Source of the DNA: Candidatus Zixiibacteriota bacterium
Lineage (GTDB): Bacteria; Zixibacteria; MSB-5A5; SM23-73-2
Direction: 5' to 3'
Length of the DNA stretch: 64,000 bases
Assembly: GCA_030615745.1 (NCBI GenBank)
Contig: JAUWYR010000004.1
Span: 9,838-73,837 of the forward strand
In this document: in pieces, positions 37,919 to 47,514 of the stretch
Position numbering within the stretch: position 1 is the stretch's first letter
Layout: every line of letters begins with the position of its first letter
Program-made: the position numbers and the translations under genes
The notes under the pieces: model-generated
What the model was told of the DNA's origin: nothing
Seen by the model: only the letters and a program-made list of their open reading frames with translations
Database searches by the model: none

Positions 37919-39214
37919 ATGAAAACGAAATTCGATGGAAAGTATAATAAAACGATATTGCAAAATGGGATAAGGGTTGTCTCTGAGAAGATCCCCTGGG
38001 TTAGTTCTGTTTGTGTTGGTGCATGGGTTGATGTAGGGTCAAGAGATGAAAATCAGAAAGAAGGCGGATTGTCTCATTTAATTGAGCATATGCTTTTTAA
38101 GGGGACTAAAAAAAGGTCAGCAAAACAGATTGCCTTAGCCTTGGAGTCGATAGGAGGAAGTCTCAATGCTTTTACAGGGAGGGAGAACACCTGCTATTAT
38201 GCTAAGGTCTTGGATGAGAATCTTGATTCAGCAATTGACCTCTTATCTGACATTTTAAAAAACCCTCTTTTCGACCCGGTTGATTTCAAAAAGGAAAAAA
38301 GAGTGATAATAGAGGAGATCAAAGACGCTGAGGATACTCCATCTGATCTGGTCTTTGACCTTTTTATGGAGGCTTTGTGGAAGAATCAAACCTTAGGAAA
38401 ACCGATTTTAGGAACTGTGGAAAGTGTAAAAAGAATTAAAAGAACAAACCTCTTAGCATATTTTAAACGCAATTATATTCCACCTAAAATAGTTGTTTGT
38501 GCCTCAGGAAACCTAAGTCATAAAAATTTAGTCAGGATGGTGAGAAAAAAGTTTGATAAAAATTTTAGAGCTTTTTCTTTTCACCGAACTGACCCAAAGA
38601 TAGAAAAAAAGCCCATACCTTATACCCGGAAGATGGTAACTGAGAAAGGGATTGCCCAAACTCATATCTGTATTGGATTCCCTGCTTTTGATTTCAACCA
38701 TCCACAAAAATATCCAGCTTTAGTTTTGAGCAATATCTTGGGTGGAGGAATGAGTTCTCGCCTTTTCCAAACAGTTAGGGAGAAATTAGGACTTGTTTAT
38801 AATATATATAATTTTTTCGACTTCTATTTTGATTCAGGAACATTCGGTGTATATCTCGGAACCAACCAGGAGGATATCCAGATGGCAGTGAAGGCGGTTT
38901 TGAGGGAATTTTCCAAAATAAAAAATGACAGATTGCCAAAGACAGAACTTAAGAATGCTAAATATCAGCTAAAGGGTAATCTGATATTGGGAGCTGAGAG
39001 CATCTCTTATCGGATGAGTAGATTAGCTCGTCATGAGCTATATTCTCAAGATTACTGGAGTTTGAAAAAATCTATCTTGGCTATTGAAGGGGTAAAAGCA
39101 AAAGAAGTAAAAGAGGTTGCTGAAAAGATCTTAGACTCTGATAAAGTCTGCATAACCATTTTGGGTCCGGTAAAAACAGGGGTGATAAAAAAAATAGATT
39201 GGGGACTTTTTTAA
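37919..39214 (+). CDS. M16-family zinc peptidase (pitrilysin-like)
   Basis: inverted zincin HLIEHMLFKGT (HxxEH); common gene downstream of pnp. Confidence 0.85.
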   Translation: MKTKFDGKYNKTILQNGIRVVSEKIPWVSSVCVGAWVDVGSRDENQKEGGLSHLIEHMLFKGTKKRSAKQIALALESIGGSLNAFTGRENTCYYAKVLDENLDSAIDLLSDILKNPLFDPVDFKKEKRVIIEEIKDAEDTPSDLVFDLFMEALWKNQTLGKPILGTVESVKRIKRTNLLAYFKRNYIPPKIVVCASGNLSHKNLVRMVRKKFDKNFRAFSFHRTDPKIEKKPIPYTRKMVTEKGIAQTHICIGFPAFDFNHPQKYPALVLSNILGGGMSSRLFQTVREKLGLVYNIYNFFDFYFDSGTFGVYLGTNQEDIQMAVKAVLREFSKIKNDRLPKTELKNAKYQLKGNLILGAESISYRMSRLARHELYSQDYWSLKKSILAIEGVKAKEVKEVAEKILDSDKVCITILGPVKTGVIKKIDWGLF

Positions 39215-40233
39215 CTTCTATTCAGAAAATGAAACCTATTTTATTTCCCCTTTTTTTTCTTTTAATTTTAAGTTTATCACTTTTTTTTATCTGGAGAATT
39301 GTGTATGCGCGTATGCGTCAAGAGACCGAAGGTCAAGAGACATCAAGAGAAAGGTTTAAATCCCAACAATTTTCATCCGAAAATGCGTATGCATCAAGAG
39401 ATAAAAATAATATTTTACTCTATCATAAAATAGAAGATAAGTGGGAGTGGGGAATCACCCGACAAAGGATAAGCCAATTTGAAAAGCAGATGAAATTTCT
39501 TTATAAGCAGGGTTATAAATTGATGAGGTTGGACCTGTCCGGTCAGGAAAAAAATTTCACTAATGACTTTGATTCTGAGAACAAAAAGATTTTTTTGACC
39601 TTTGATGATGGTTATGAATCTGTCTATACTCATGCTTTTCCTATTCTTGAGAAGTTTGGTTTTTCTGCAACTGTTTTTCTTATCACAGGATGGGTAGGAA
39701 AAAAGAATTTGTGGGATATAAACTGGGGGAAAAAGTTTAATCACCTCTCTTGGTCACAGATAGAAGAGCTTAAAAAATTCGGATTTAATTTTGGTTCTCA
39801 TACTGTGAATCATCCTGATCTAACTAAACTTAATGGAAAAGAAGTTGAATATGAGCTTTTGAATTCAAAAAATATGATAGAAGATAGGTTAGGGGAGAGG
39901 GTTGAGTTTTTATCCTATCCATTTGGAAAATATAATAGATCAGTTCAAAGAATTGCTGAAGATATTGGTTATAAAAACGCGTTCACTATTTGCTCTGGAC
40001 CAAAAAAATTTTCCGACCCATATGCTTTAGGACGATTAGGGATCTATCTTTTTGATTCGAGCTTGACTTTACATATAAAATTGAACCAAACACCAATTTT
40101 TTGGATAGAGGATATGAAAGGAAGGATAATTAACCAATTTGCCAATGGGACAACTCTTTTCAAGTCAAAACCAAAATACGATTTTTGCTTAAAAAGTGAA
40201 AAGCCTAAAAGTATCTTCGTAAAAAAGGTATGA
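39199..40233 (+). CDS. polysaccharide deacetylase (NodB homology) with N-terminal TM anchor
   Basis: TFDDGY, HTVNHPDL motifs; aa ~30-70 (ARMRQETEGQETSRERF...NAYASRDKN) encoded by CAAGAGA-family repeats 39301-39402; start may be ATG 39229. Confidence 0.75.
   Translation: MGTFLTSIQKMKPILFPLFFLLILSLSLFFIWRIVYARMRQETEGQETSRERFKSQQFSSENAYASRDKNNILLYHKIEDKWEWGITRQRISQFEKQMKFLYKQGYKLMRLDLSGQEKNFTNDFDSENKKIFLTFDDGYESVYTHAFPILEKFGFSATVFLITGWVGKKNLWDINWGKKFNHLSWSQIEELKKFGFNFGSHTVNHPDLTKLNGKEVEYELLNSKNMIEDRLGERVEFLSYPFGKYNRSVQRIAEDIGYKNAFTICSGPKKFSDPYALGRLGIYLFDSSLTLHIKLNQTPIFWIEDMKGRIINQFANGTTLFKSKPKYDFCLKSEKPKSIFVKKV
39301..39402 (+). repeat. cluster of CAAGAGA-family short repeats inside deacetylase ORF
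   Basis: GTGTATGCGCGTATGCGTCAAGAGACCGAAGGTCAAGAGACATCAAGAGA ... TGCGTATGCATCAAGAGAT; matches 397-418, 46009-46041(rc), 46199-46218. Confidence 0.6.
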
Positions 40234-40577
40234 AAATGAGAGCATTTTTCTTGCGGTGGTTTGTTTTGAGCCTGGCAATTTTTATCGTTGCTAACATAAC
40301 TAATCTTATATATATTAACAATTTAAAAACTTTGATCTTGGGAAGCTTGATTTTGGGCATTCTTAACGTGTTCCTTAAGCCGATTTTGATTTTTTTCACT
40401 TTGCCTTTGAGCATAATGACTTTAGGTCTTTTCATACTGATTATTAATGGAGTTGTTCTTTATCTGGTCTCTTTTTTGGTCTCTGGTTTTGAAATTCAAA
40501 GTTTTGGAAAAGCTTTTTTAGCAGCTTTTTTGATAACGATATTGGGTGCCTTTATTAATTGGATAGTCAAAGACTGA
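40230..40577 (+). CDS. phage-holin-family membrane protein (DUF360/YvlD-like, 4 TM)
   Basis: 115 aa, four TM helices, GxxxG-rich; family assignment by general resemblance only. Confidence 0.5.
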   Translation: MKMRAFFLRWFVLSLAIFIVANITNLIYINNLKTLILGSLILGILNVFLKPILIFFTLPLSIMTLGLFILIINGVVLYLVSFLVSGFEIQSFGKAFLAAFLITILGAFINWIVKD

Positions 40578-40611
40578 ACATAAGAAGGTAAGATGGGTCT
40601 ACGATTTCTAC

Positions 40612-40676
40612 ACAGATTCTAAGGTATCGGAGCCATAAAGGCTCCGCTAAGCGTAGCAGAGGGTTTATCCCTCTGA
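40612..40676 (+). promoter_or_regulatory. two consecutive stem-loops (GGAGCCATAAAGGCTCC; CAGAGGGTTTATCCCTCTG) in asnS 5' leader
   Basis: seen directly; possible attenuator/leader structure; no T-run. Confidence 0.25.
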
Positions 40677-40683
40677 GAAAAAG

Positions 40684-41982
40684 ATGATAAGCCATTGTTA
40701 CATTGAAGATATTGGGACGCACCTTGGAGGGGAGATTTTGCTTAAGGGTTGGTTATACAACAAGCGCTCCAAAGGTAAGATACATTTTCTCTTGGTGCGA
40801 GATGGAACAGGAATTATTCAATGTGTAATGAGTGAGGGAGAGGTTTCCGAAGATGTCTTCAACACTTATGATAAGTTAACTCAGGAGTCATCCCTTGAGG
40901 TCAAGGGTAAGGTGAGGGAGGATAAGCGTGCTCCTGGAGGATATGAGCTGGAGTTATCTGATATTAAAATCATTCAGATCGCCGAAGATTATCCTATTAC
41001 ACCCAAATCCCATGGAACAGCATTTTTGATGGATCACCGTCACCTGTGGTTAAGATCAAAACGTCAGCATGCAATTTTAAAAATAAGAAACGAGCTGGTG
41101 TTTGCGATAAGGGATTTCTTTTACCGCAATAAGTTCATTCTCGTTGATGCTCCGATTCTAACCGGCGCAATTGGGGAGACCGCCTCAACATTGTTCGAGA
41201 CCCAATATTACGACGAAGGCAAAGCTTATCTTGCTCAGACAGGTCAACTATATAATGAAGCAGCTTGCATGGCTTTTGGCAAAATATATTGTTTTGGACC
41301 AACTTTCAGGGCGGAAAAATCTAAGACCAGACGTCATCTAACAGAGTTCTGGCAGGTTGAGGCTGAGATGGCATATTATGAGCAGGAGGACAATTTAGAA
41401 CTTCAAGAAAAATTGGTGGAATACATTATAAGTTGGGTCTTGAAAAAAAATAAAAAGGAGCTTGAACTCTTAGAAAGGGATCTTTCAAAACTTGAGAAAA
41501 TAATTGCTCCATTTCCTAAGATTTTATATGATGACGCAGTAAAAATTTTAAAAAAAGAGGGAGGCGATATAGAGTGGGGTTCTGATTTGGGTGGGGATGA
41601 TGAGACGATATTATCTAATATGTATGAAAAGCCGGTTTTCGTATGTAATTATCCTAAAAAGGCCAGGGCATTTTATATGAAGCCCCATCCGGAAAGAGAG
41701 GATCTGGTATTGTGCGCTGATCTTCTGGCTCCAGAGGGATATGGTGAGATAATCGGAGGTTCGCAGAGAAACGATGATTACGATAGCCTGGTTCAAAGGA
41801 TAAAAGAGGAAAATCTCCCTTTAGATGCATATGAATGGTTTCTGGACTTAAGAAAATATGGCTCTGTTCCTCATTCTGGTTTCGGATTAGGAGTTGAGAG
41901 GACTTTAGCCTGGATATGTAAGCTTCCACATATAAGGGAGTCGATACCATTTCCGAGGATGCTTTATCGACTATATCCTTAG
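40684..41982 (+). CDS. asnS: asparaginyl-tRNA synthetase
   Basis: N-terminal OB-fold, class II motifs [30 protein letters not shown]. Confidence 0.9.
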   Translation: MISHCYIEDIGTHLGGEILLKGWLYNKRSKGKIHFLLVRDGTGIIQCVMSEGEVSEDVFNTYDKLTQESSLEVKGKVREDKRAPGGYELELSDIKIIQIAEDYPITPKSHGTAFLMDHRHLWLRSKRQHAILKIRNELVFAIRDFFYRNKFILVDAPILTGAIGETASTLFETQYYDEGKAYLAQTGQLYNEAACMAFGKIYCFGPTFRAEKSKTRRHLTEFWQVEAEMAYYEQEDNLELQEKLVEYIISWVLKKNKKELELLERDLSKLEKIIAPFPKILYDDAVKILKKEGGDIEWGSDLGGDDETILSNMYEKPVFVCNYPKKARAFYMKPHPEREDLVLCADLLAPEGYGEIIGGSQRNDDYDSLVQRIKEENLPLDAYEWFLDLRKYGSVPHSGFGLGVERTLAWICKLPHIRESIPFPRMLYRLYP

Positions 41983-42014
41983 AAGATTGAATTAAAAGAG
42001 ATAAAAGGATTAAA

Positions 42015-44468
42015 ATGCAAATGTATCCTTTTAAAGAAATAGAGGAGAGGTGGCAGAAAAGATGGGAAAAGCAAAAGCTCTACCTTACCCCTGATCCTCC
42101 CAAGAAGAAATATTACATGCTGGTTATGTTCGCCTATACCTCTGGTGATATTCACATAGGTCATTTCAGAAATTACATAATAGGTGATGTGATTGCCAGA
42201 TACAAGACGATGAATGGATTCGATGTTCTGCATCCGTTTGGATGGGACGCTTTTGGTCTTCCAGCAGAGGAGGCGGCAATAAAACACGGTGTTAATCCAG
42301 AGGAGTGGGCTTTAAAAAATATAGAGGTCTCAAGAAAGACTATACAGAAAAGCGGGGTATCTTTTGATTGGGAAAGGGAGGTCATAACCTGCCTTCCTGA
42401 TTACTACAAATGGACTCAATGGATGTTTCTGAGACTTTATGAGAATAACTTAGCTTATCGAGGTAAATCATTTGTGAATTGGTGTCCACATTGCAATACT
42501 GTTTTAGCTAATGAGCAGGTTGTCGGGAGGAGGTGCTGGAGATGTGAACATGAGGTTACCAAAAAGGAGCTTTCGCAATGGTTTTTTAAAATCACCGCCT
42601 ACATCCAGAGATTACTTTCTGATCTTTTTAAGCTTAAAGACTGGCCCGAACCAATAAAAATAATGCAAAGAAACTGGATCGGTAAATCAGAGGGGACAGA
42701 GATAGATTTCACAATAGAAGGAACTGGCGAGAAAATCTCTGTTTTCACCACACGATCTGATACTATATATGGAGTTACATTTATGGCAATCTCTCCGGAA
42801 AATCCCCTTTTGCAAAAATTAAATATTGAGCCCAAATACAAAAAAGATGTTGATGATTATATAAGAAAATCTGCTTTTAGAAATGAGGCTGAAAGAGTTT
42901 CTGCAGCAGAAAAAGATGGTGTTTTCACTGGAAGATTTGCTATAAACCCACTCTCTGGTGAAAAGATACAGTTATGGGTAGCGGATTACGTGGTAGGCAC
43001 CTATGGAACTGGAATCGTGATGGGTGTTCCAGGACATGACCAGAGAGATTTCGAGTTCTGTAAAAAGTATAAAATCCCCATAAAAGTAGTTATACAGCCA
43101 AAGGGTCTTACTTTTTCTCCCAATAAGATGAAAAAGGCATACGTTGAACCGGGAGTGATGGTCAACTCAGACAGATTCAATGGACTTTGGTCTGAAAAGG
43201 GAATTGAGAAGATAACAGAATATGTAGAATTAAAAAAACTTGGGAGGAAAAAAATAAATTATAAGCTGAGAGACTGGCTTATCTCTCGTCAGAGATTTTG
43301 GGGAGCGCCAATTCCTATGATTCACTGCGAAAAATGCGGGATGGTTCCTGTGCCTGAAAAAGATTTGCCTGTTCTTTTGCCTAAAAGTAACATAGACTTT
43401 TTTCCAAAAGGCAGGTCTCCTTTAGCTGATGTGGATGAGTTTATCAAGACTACCTGCCCTAAGTGTAAAGGTAAAGCTAAAAGAGACCCTGACACGATGG
43501 ATACGTTTGTCTGTTCCTCCTGGTATCTTTTCAGATACACTGATCCTAAAAATAAAAACCAGCCTTTTGCAAAAAAGAAAGTTTCCCGGTGGTTGCCAGT
43601 GGATAAATACATCGGAGGTGCAGAACATGCAACAGGTCATCTTTTGTATTTCAGATTCTTTACCAAGTTTTTACACGACATCGGGTATTTGTCAGTCGAT
43701 GAGCCAGCAATTGAGCTTTTTAACCATGGGATGGTTTTGGATTCAAAAGGTGAGGTGATGTCAAAATCGAAGGGAAATGCAGTTTCTCCGATCGATTTGA
43801 TGAACCAGAAAGGTGTAGATGTTTCAAGAATTGCGGTCTATTTTGCTGCCCCTTCTGAGAAGGAGATATTGTGGACAGGCGAAGGGATTACAGGTGCATC
43901 GAGATTTCTGAATAAAATTTATAATTTAGCACAAAAAGTTAAGCCAAAAGACTTAAATTATAATATCAAGTTTAATGACTTAACTGATACTGAAAAAACA
44001 ACTTACAGAAAATTACATCAGACGATAAAAAAGGTTAATGAAGACATAGAGACTCTACAATTTAACACTGCTATTGCTTCTATGATGGAGTTTTTGAACC
44101 TGTTTAGCTCAATATCTTCTGATTCAAGGATTTATACCTATTGTCTTAAGAATTTAATCCAGCTTTTAGCTCCATTTGCTCCACATTTAGCAGAGGAGTT
44201 ATGGGAGAAATTGGGTTTTAAACAGAGTGTTTTCAAATCCAAATGGCCCGCTTATGATAAAGACGCAGTGATCGAAGAATTAGTTACTATCGTAGTTCAG
44301 GTAAATGGCAAGCTCAGGACGTCTTTTGAGGTTCCATTGAATACTGATAAGGAGAAGATCGAGAGAATAGCTTTGGAGAATGAGAAAATTAAGAAATTTA
44401 CTAAGGATAAAAGGGTTTTAAAGACTATTTTTATTCCTAATAAATTGATAAATCTGGTGGTGGGGTAG
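42015..44468 (+). CDS. leuS: leucyl-tRNA synthetase
   Basis: HIGH (GDIHIGHFRNY), KMSKS (VMSKSKGN), CP1 editing and zinc-binding CxxC pairs. Confidence 0.92.
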   Translation: MQMYPFKEIEERWQKRWEKQKLYLTPDPPKKKYYMLVMFAYTSGDIHIGHFRNYIIGDVIARYKTMNGFDVLHPFGWDAFGLPAEEAAIKHGVNPEEWALKNIEVSRKTIQKSGVSFDWEREVITCLPDYYKWTQWMFLRLYENNLAYRGKSFVNWCPHCNTVLANEQVVGRRCWRCEHEVTKKELSQWFFKITAYIQRLLSDLFKLKDWPEPIKIMQRNWIGKSEGTEIDFTIEGTGEKISVFTTRSDTIYGVTFMAISPENPLLQKLNIEPKYKKDVDDYIRKSAFRNEAERVSAAEKDGVFTGRFAINPLSGEKIQLWVADYVVGTYGTGIVMGVPGHDQRDFEFCKKYKIPIKVVIQPKGLTFSPNKMKKAYVEPGVMVNSDRFNGLWSEKGIEKITEYVELKKLGRKKINYKLRDWLISRQRFWGAPIPMIHCEKCGMVPVPEKDLPVLLPKSNIDFFPKGRSPLADVDEFIKTTCPKCKGKAKRDPDTMDTFVCSSWYLFRYTDPKNKNQPFAKKKVSRWLPVDKYIGGAEHATGHLLYFRFFTKFLHDIGYLSVDEPAIELFNHGMVLDSKGEVMSKSKGNAVSPIDLMNQKGVDVSRIAVYFAAPSEKEILWTGEGITGASRFLNKIYNLAQKVKPKDLNYNIKFNDLTDTEKTTYRKLHQTIKKVNEDIETLQFNTAIASMMEFLNLFSSISSDSRIYTYCLKNLIQLLAPFAPHLAEELWEKLGFKQSVFKSKWPAYDKDAVIEELVTIVVQVNGKLRTSFEVPLNTDKEKIERIALENEKIKKFTKDKRVLKTIFIPNKLINLVVG

Positions 44469-44821
44469 AGGCAAAACCAGGGATTTTTGATGATTGATGA
44501 TTAATGAAGATTTTTAAATTGCGAGGTGAGTTTACATAATGTTTATTATAAGACCTTTTATGGTTCGCTTTATCTTGAGTTCTTAAAAGATAAAGTTCGC
44601 ATTCCTTCTTTTTTAGAGGGAAACTTTTGTTCGCTTTTTTTAGCCTGGTCAAATGGAAGAAATTTTAAAACCCAGTTCCCTGACGTTAGGAGGATTCCAT
44701 TATGAAGTCATTATCTGTAAAAGGAGCCGGCAGAGCTTCCCAGAAATCCCAGCCCACGTATGTCAAACTCTTAATGGAATGCGAACCTTTCAGGTTTGCC
44801 TTTCCTTATAGTTTTTCTTAA

Positions 44822-44890
44822 AAGTAAAGCTGAAGCTTTACACTCCATATCTCACCTTATAGATTTGGTTTTTTCAGAAATCTCTTATTT
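44822..44890 (+). repeat. repeat GTAAAGCTGAAGCTTTACACTCCA...TTTTTTCAGAAAT (copy 1)
   Basis: related copy at 49111-49185 (GTAAAGCTAAAGCTTTACACTCCA...TTTTTCTGAAAAG). Confidence 0.5.
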
Positions 44891-44911
44891 TAAGATTATG
44901 TGGGTTATTGA

Positions 44912-45148
44912 CTTAAACTAAAACTTTAAGTCATAATAATATATTATCTGGAGTGCAACAACTTGTTGTTGCAACTCTATGCGAAAACAAGTTTTCGCAC
45001 TACCTAAGAGAAAAGCAGAGCAAGGGTGCTCTGCGCTATGAGGTTTTGTGTTTTTTGAACAGACAGGAATGTCTGTTCTACCTTCGGTTATTTTTTAACA
45101 TCGGGCATGTTCGAAGAATGCTTCGCAAAGCCCGACGCTACATTTAAA
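44912..45148 (+). repeat. nested repeat, long form (CTTAAACTAAAACTTTAAGTC ... CCCGACGCTACATTTAAA) with ~180-nt highly structured interior
   Basis: termini identical to short form 45233-45289; interior carries perfect hairpins TGCAACAACTTGTTGTTGCA, GCGAAAACAAGTTTTCGC, GCAGAGCAAGGGTGCTCTGC, GAACAGACAGGAATGTCTGTTC. Confidence 0.55.
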
Positions 45149-45232
45149 AAAATTTATCAAACACAAAAATTGGGATTACTAACTATCTTTGCAAACGTTT
45201 TTTATTTTTCAGCAAACCTCTCCCCTATCAGA

Positions 45233-45289
45233 CCTAAACTAAAACTTTAAGTCGAACGTCGGGTATGAAACCCGACGCTACGCTTAAAT
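45233..45289 (+). repeat. nested repeat, short form (CCTAAACTAAAACTTTAAGTC-GAACGTCGGGTATGAAA-CCCGACGCTACGCTTAAAT)
   Basis: see 44912-45148. Confidence 0.55.
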
Positions 45290-45545
45290 TTTCTGTGCTG
45301 GTCAAGTCCCCTGACTCGACCAGAAAATCTCTGTTCCGCGGGGATGTTATCTCTGGCCAGCCAGGCATCCCCGCAAATAAATTCTGGGTGGATGATAACA
45401 TCCGCCCAGAACAAAGAAATATATGTACGTAATCTTTTGTCCCTAAATCCTTTTTTTAGGAACAATTATTATTAATTAGTATATAAGTATATGATATGCT
45501 CAAATTTCCTTGCAACATGATTTTCATTTTGATATATTAAAAAAG

Positions 45546-46016
45546 ATGGAAAAAAAAGAAGAGATAAAAATAGTAGCGACTAACAGGAAGGCTCATCACG
45601 ACTATACTATAGTTGAGACCTATGAGGCTGGGTTGGAACTAAAGGGGAGCGAGGTTAAATCTTTAAGGGAAGGTAAAGTCTCTTTGAGGGACTCCTTTGC
45701 CAGGATAGTTGATGAACAGCTACATTTATTAAATATGCACATAAGCTCCTATGAGAAGGCATCTAAGTTTGGACATGATCCAAAAAGAACAAAAAAATTG
45801 TTGATGCATAAAAGGGAAATAAAAAGACTTATGGGCAAAACTTTTGAAAAGGGATACACCTTAGTCCCTTTAAAAATCTACTTTAAAGGAAGTTTTGCCA
45901 AGGTGGAATTAGCCCTAGTCACTGGTAAAAGAAAATATGATAAAAGGAGAGCCCTGGCTGAAAAAGAGGCTAAAAGAAAAATAGAAAGAGCCTTTAAAGA
46001 GAGACAAATCTCTTGA
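45546..46016 (+). CDS. smpB: SsrA-binding protein
   Basis: IVATNRKAHHDYTIVETYEAGLELKGSEVKSLR...; start placed at MEKKEE (ORF-track start 45510 extends into non-coding repeat). Confidence 0.88.
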   Translation: MEKKEEIKIVATNRKAHHDYTIVETYEAGLELKGSEVKSLREGKVSLRDSFARIVDEQLHLLNMHISSYEKASKFGHDPKRTKKLLMHKREIKRLMGKTFEKGYTLVPLKIYFKGSFAKVELALVTGKRKYDKRRALAEKEAKRKIERAFKERQIS

Positions 46017-46041
46017 TGTCTCTTGACCTTCGGCATACGCA
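46009..46041 (-). repeat. CAAGAGA-family repeat (rc orientation) spanning smpB stop / amidase upstream
   Basis: TCTCTTGATGTCTCTTGACCTTCGGCATACGCA = rc of TGCGTATGCCGAAGGTCAAGAGACATCAAGAGA (cf. 39316-39350). Confidence 0.55.
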
Positions 46042-46047
46042 AATAAG

Positions 46048-47514
46048 ATGGCAAAAAAAGTAGCTTTTTTAACAATCTTTTTAGTGTCGTCGTTTGCCTT
46101 TACATCTTTATCCCAAAGCATTTATGAACTTTCAAACTTACCTAAAGTAAAAATAGATAAAGTTGATTATGTTTGTTTAGATGAAGTTGTCCGGGTTTTG
46201 CGTATGCATCAAGAGATAGGTGGTAAGATTTATCAGGATGAAAAAGAGGGAAAAGCGATATGGTATTATAAGGGTCAAAGATTGGAATTTACACCCTTTT
46301 CCCCTTACGTTTTAATTGATAACTCAATCTATGATCTTTTGTTCGAGGTAAAATTAAAGAAAGGGGAAATCTTTGTTCCTCAAAAAAATTTCTTTTCCCT
46401 TTTAAAAGAGTTAAAAAAGCAAAGCAAAAAATTCAAGGAAAACTTATCTCTTGATGCATACGCATTTTCAAAACCCTCTTATCTTGAGTATAACATCACA
46501 GATATTTTTGCATCTAAAAAGCTCAATGGAATTTTAATCGAGATATTTATTTCCTATCCCATAAATTATGAGGTTTTTAAAAGTGAGAATAACTGTATCA
46601 ACATTTTCTTCTATGAGGGGAAAATCGACACCGGTTATTTTAATTTCAAAGAAATTCCAAGTATAATAAAAAAGATAACGGCTTATCAATACGGAAACTC
46701 AGTCCAGGTCTCCTTATGGACGAAAAAGTCCTTTCATACACTATCCCACAATCTGGAATCTTTTCCTTTTCGTATTCAAATCTCCTTGGAGGATACAACC
46801 GAGATTGCTAAAAGTGCACAAGATGATCTAATCGACGTGGTGGTCATTGACCCAGGTCATGGTGGGGTCGATTTTGGATTTTTTGGTCAAAGGAGTCTTT
46901 GGGAAAAAGATATCACTTTAGATATAGCCTTAAGGTTAAAAAAGCTTTTAGAGAAAGAAACTGATTTAAAAGTTGTCCTTACAAGAGATTATGATGTTTT
47001 TATTCCTCTTAAAAAAAGAGCAAGAATAGCAAATAAAGAGGGTGGAGACCTGTTAATAAGCATTCACTGTGAATTTTCTGAGGACGAAAATGAATCTGGA
47101 TTTGAAATCTTCTTTTTCGGAGAGTCTCAAAAAGATAAAGAAACGACTTTAACTTTTAAAGAGGATTTAGAAAAAACCAATGAAATTTTTTCTGATTCGA
47201 TTTTTATTCTCCCTGACACCACCCAATACCTGTTCTTTGAACAGTCAAAAAATTTAGCTTTTATAGTTTGTGAGGAGATGGAAAAAAAACTTAAAATGTT
47301 TTCAAAGGGAATTTTTCAAGAAAAGTTTTTAGTTTTGAAAAAAGCCTATATGCTTGGAATTTTAGTTAATTGTGGATTTATCTCCAATCCAGATGAGGAA
47401 AAGCTTTTGGCACAAAGTCCTTTTAGAGAAAAAATTGCAGAGGCTCTGTTTTTTGGAATAATGAGGTTTAAAATTGAGGGTGAGCACGAAAAAAGCTATG
47501 AAGCTAAAAGATGA
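46048..47514 (+). CDS. N-acetylmuramoyl-L-alanine amidase (AmiC-like: AMIN domain + amidase_3)
   Basis: signal peptide, amidase_3 core VVIDPGHGG...DLLISIHCE; contains two in-frame CAAGAGA-family repeats (46199-46218, 46446-46464). Confidence 0.8.
   Translation: MAKKVAFLTIFLVSSFAFTSLSQSIYELSNLPKVKIDKVDYVCLDEVVRVLRMHQEIGGKIYQDEKEGKAIWYYKGQRLEFTPFSPYVLIDNSIYDLLFEVKLKKGEIFVPQKNFFSLLKELKKQSKKFKENLSLDAYAFSKPSYLEYNITDIFASKKLNGILIEIFISYPINYEVFKSENNCINIFFYEGKIDTGYFNFKEIPSIIKKITAYQYGNSVQVSLWTKKSFHTLSHNLESFPFRIQISLEDTTEIAKSAQDDLIDVVVIDPGHGGVDFGFFGQRSLWEKDITLDIALRLKKLLEKETDLKVVLTRDYDVFIPLKKRARIANKEGGDLLISIHCEFSEDENESGFEIFFFGESQKDKETTLTFKEDLEKTNEIFSDSIFILPDTTQYLFFEQSKNLAFIVCEEMEKKLKMFSKGIFQEKFLVLKKAYMLGILVNCGFISNPDEEKLLAQSPFREKIAEALFFGIMRFKIEGEHEKSYEAKR

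Noticed and set aside
40612-40676. T-box riboswitch upstream of asnS
   Set aside because: Leader is only ~100 nt, lacks the conserved T-box (AATTAGGGTGGNACCGCG) sequence and a specifier-loop context; kept only as generic leader hairpins.
44470-45545. tmRNA (ssrA) upstream of smpB
   Set aside because: Looked for a tRNA-Ala-like acceptor/T-arm (GGTTCGAnTCC...CCA) and an ...ANDENYALAA-type tag ORF; neither present. Structured region kept as unknown ncRNA/MITE candidate instead.
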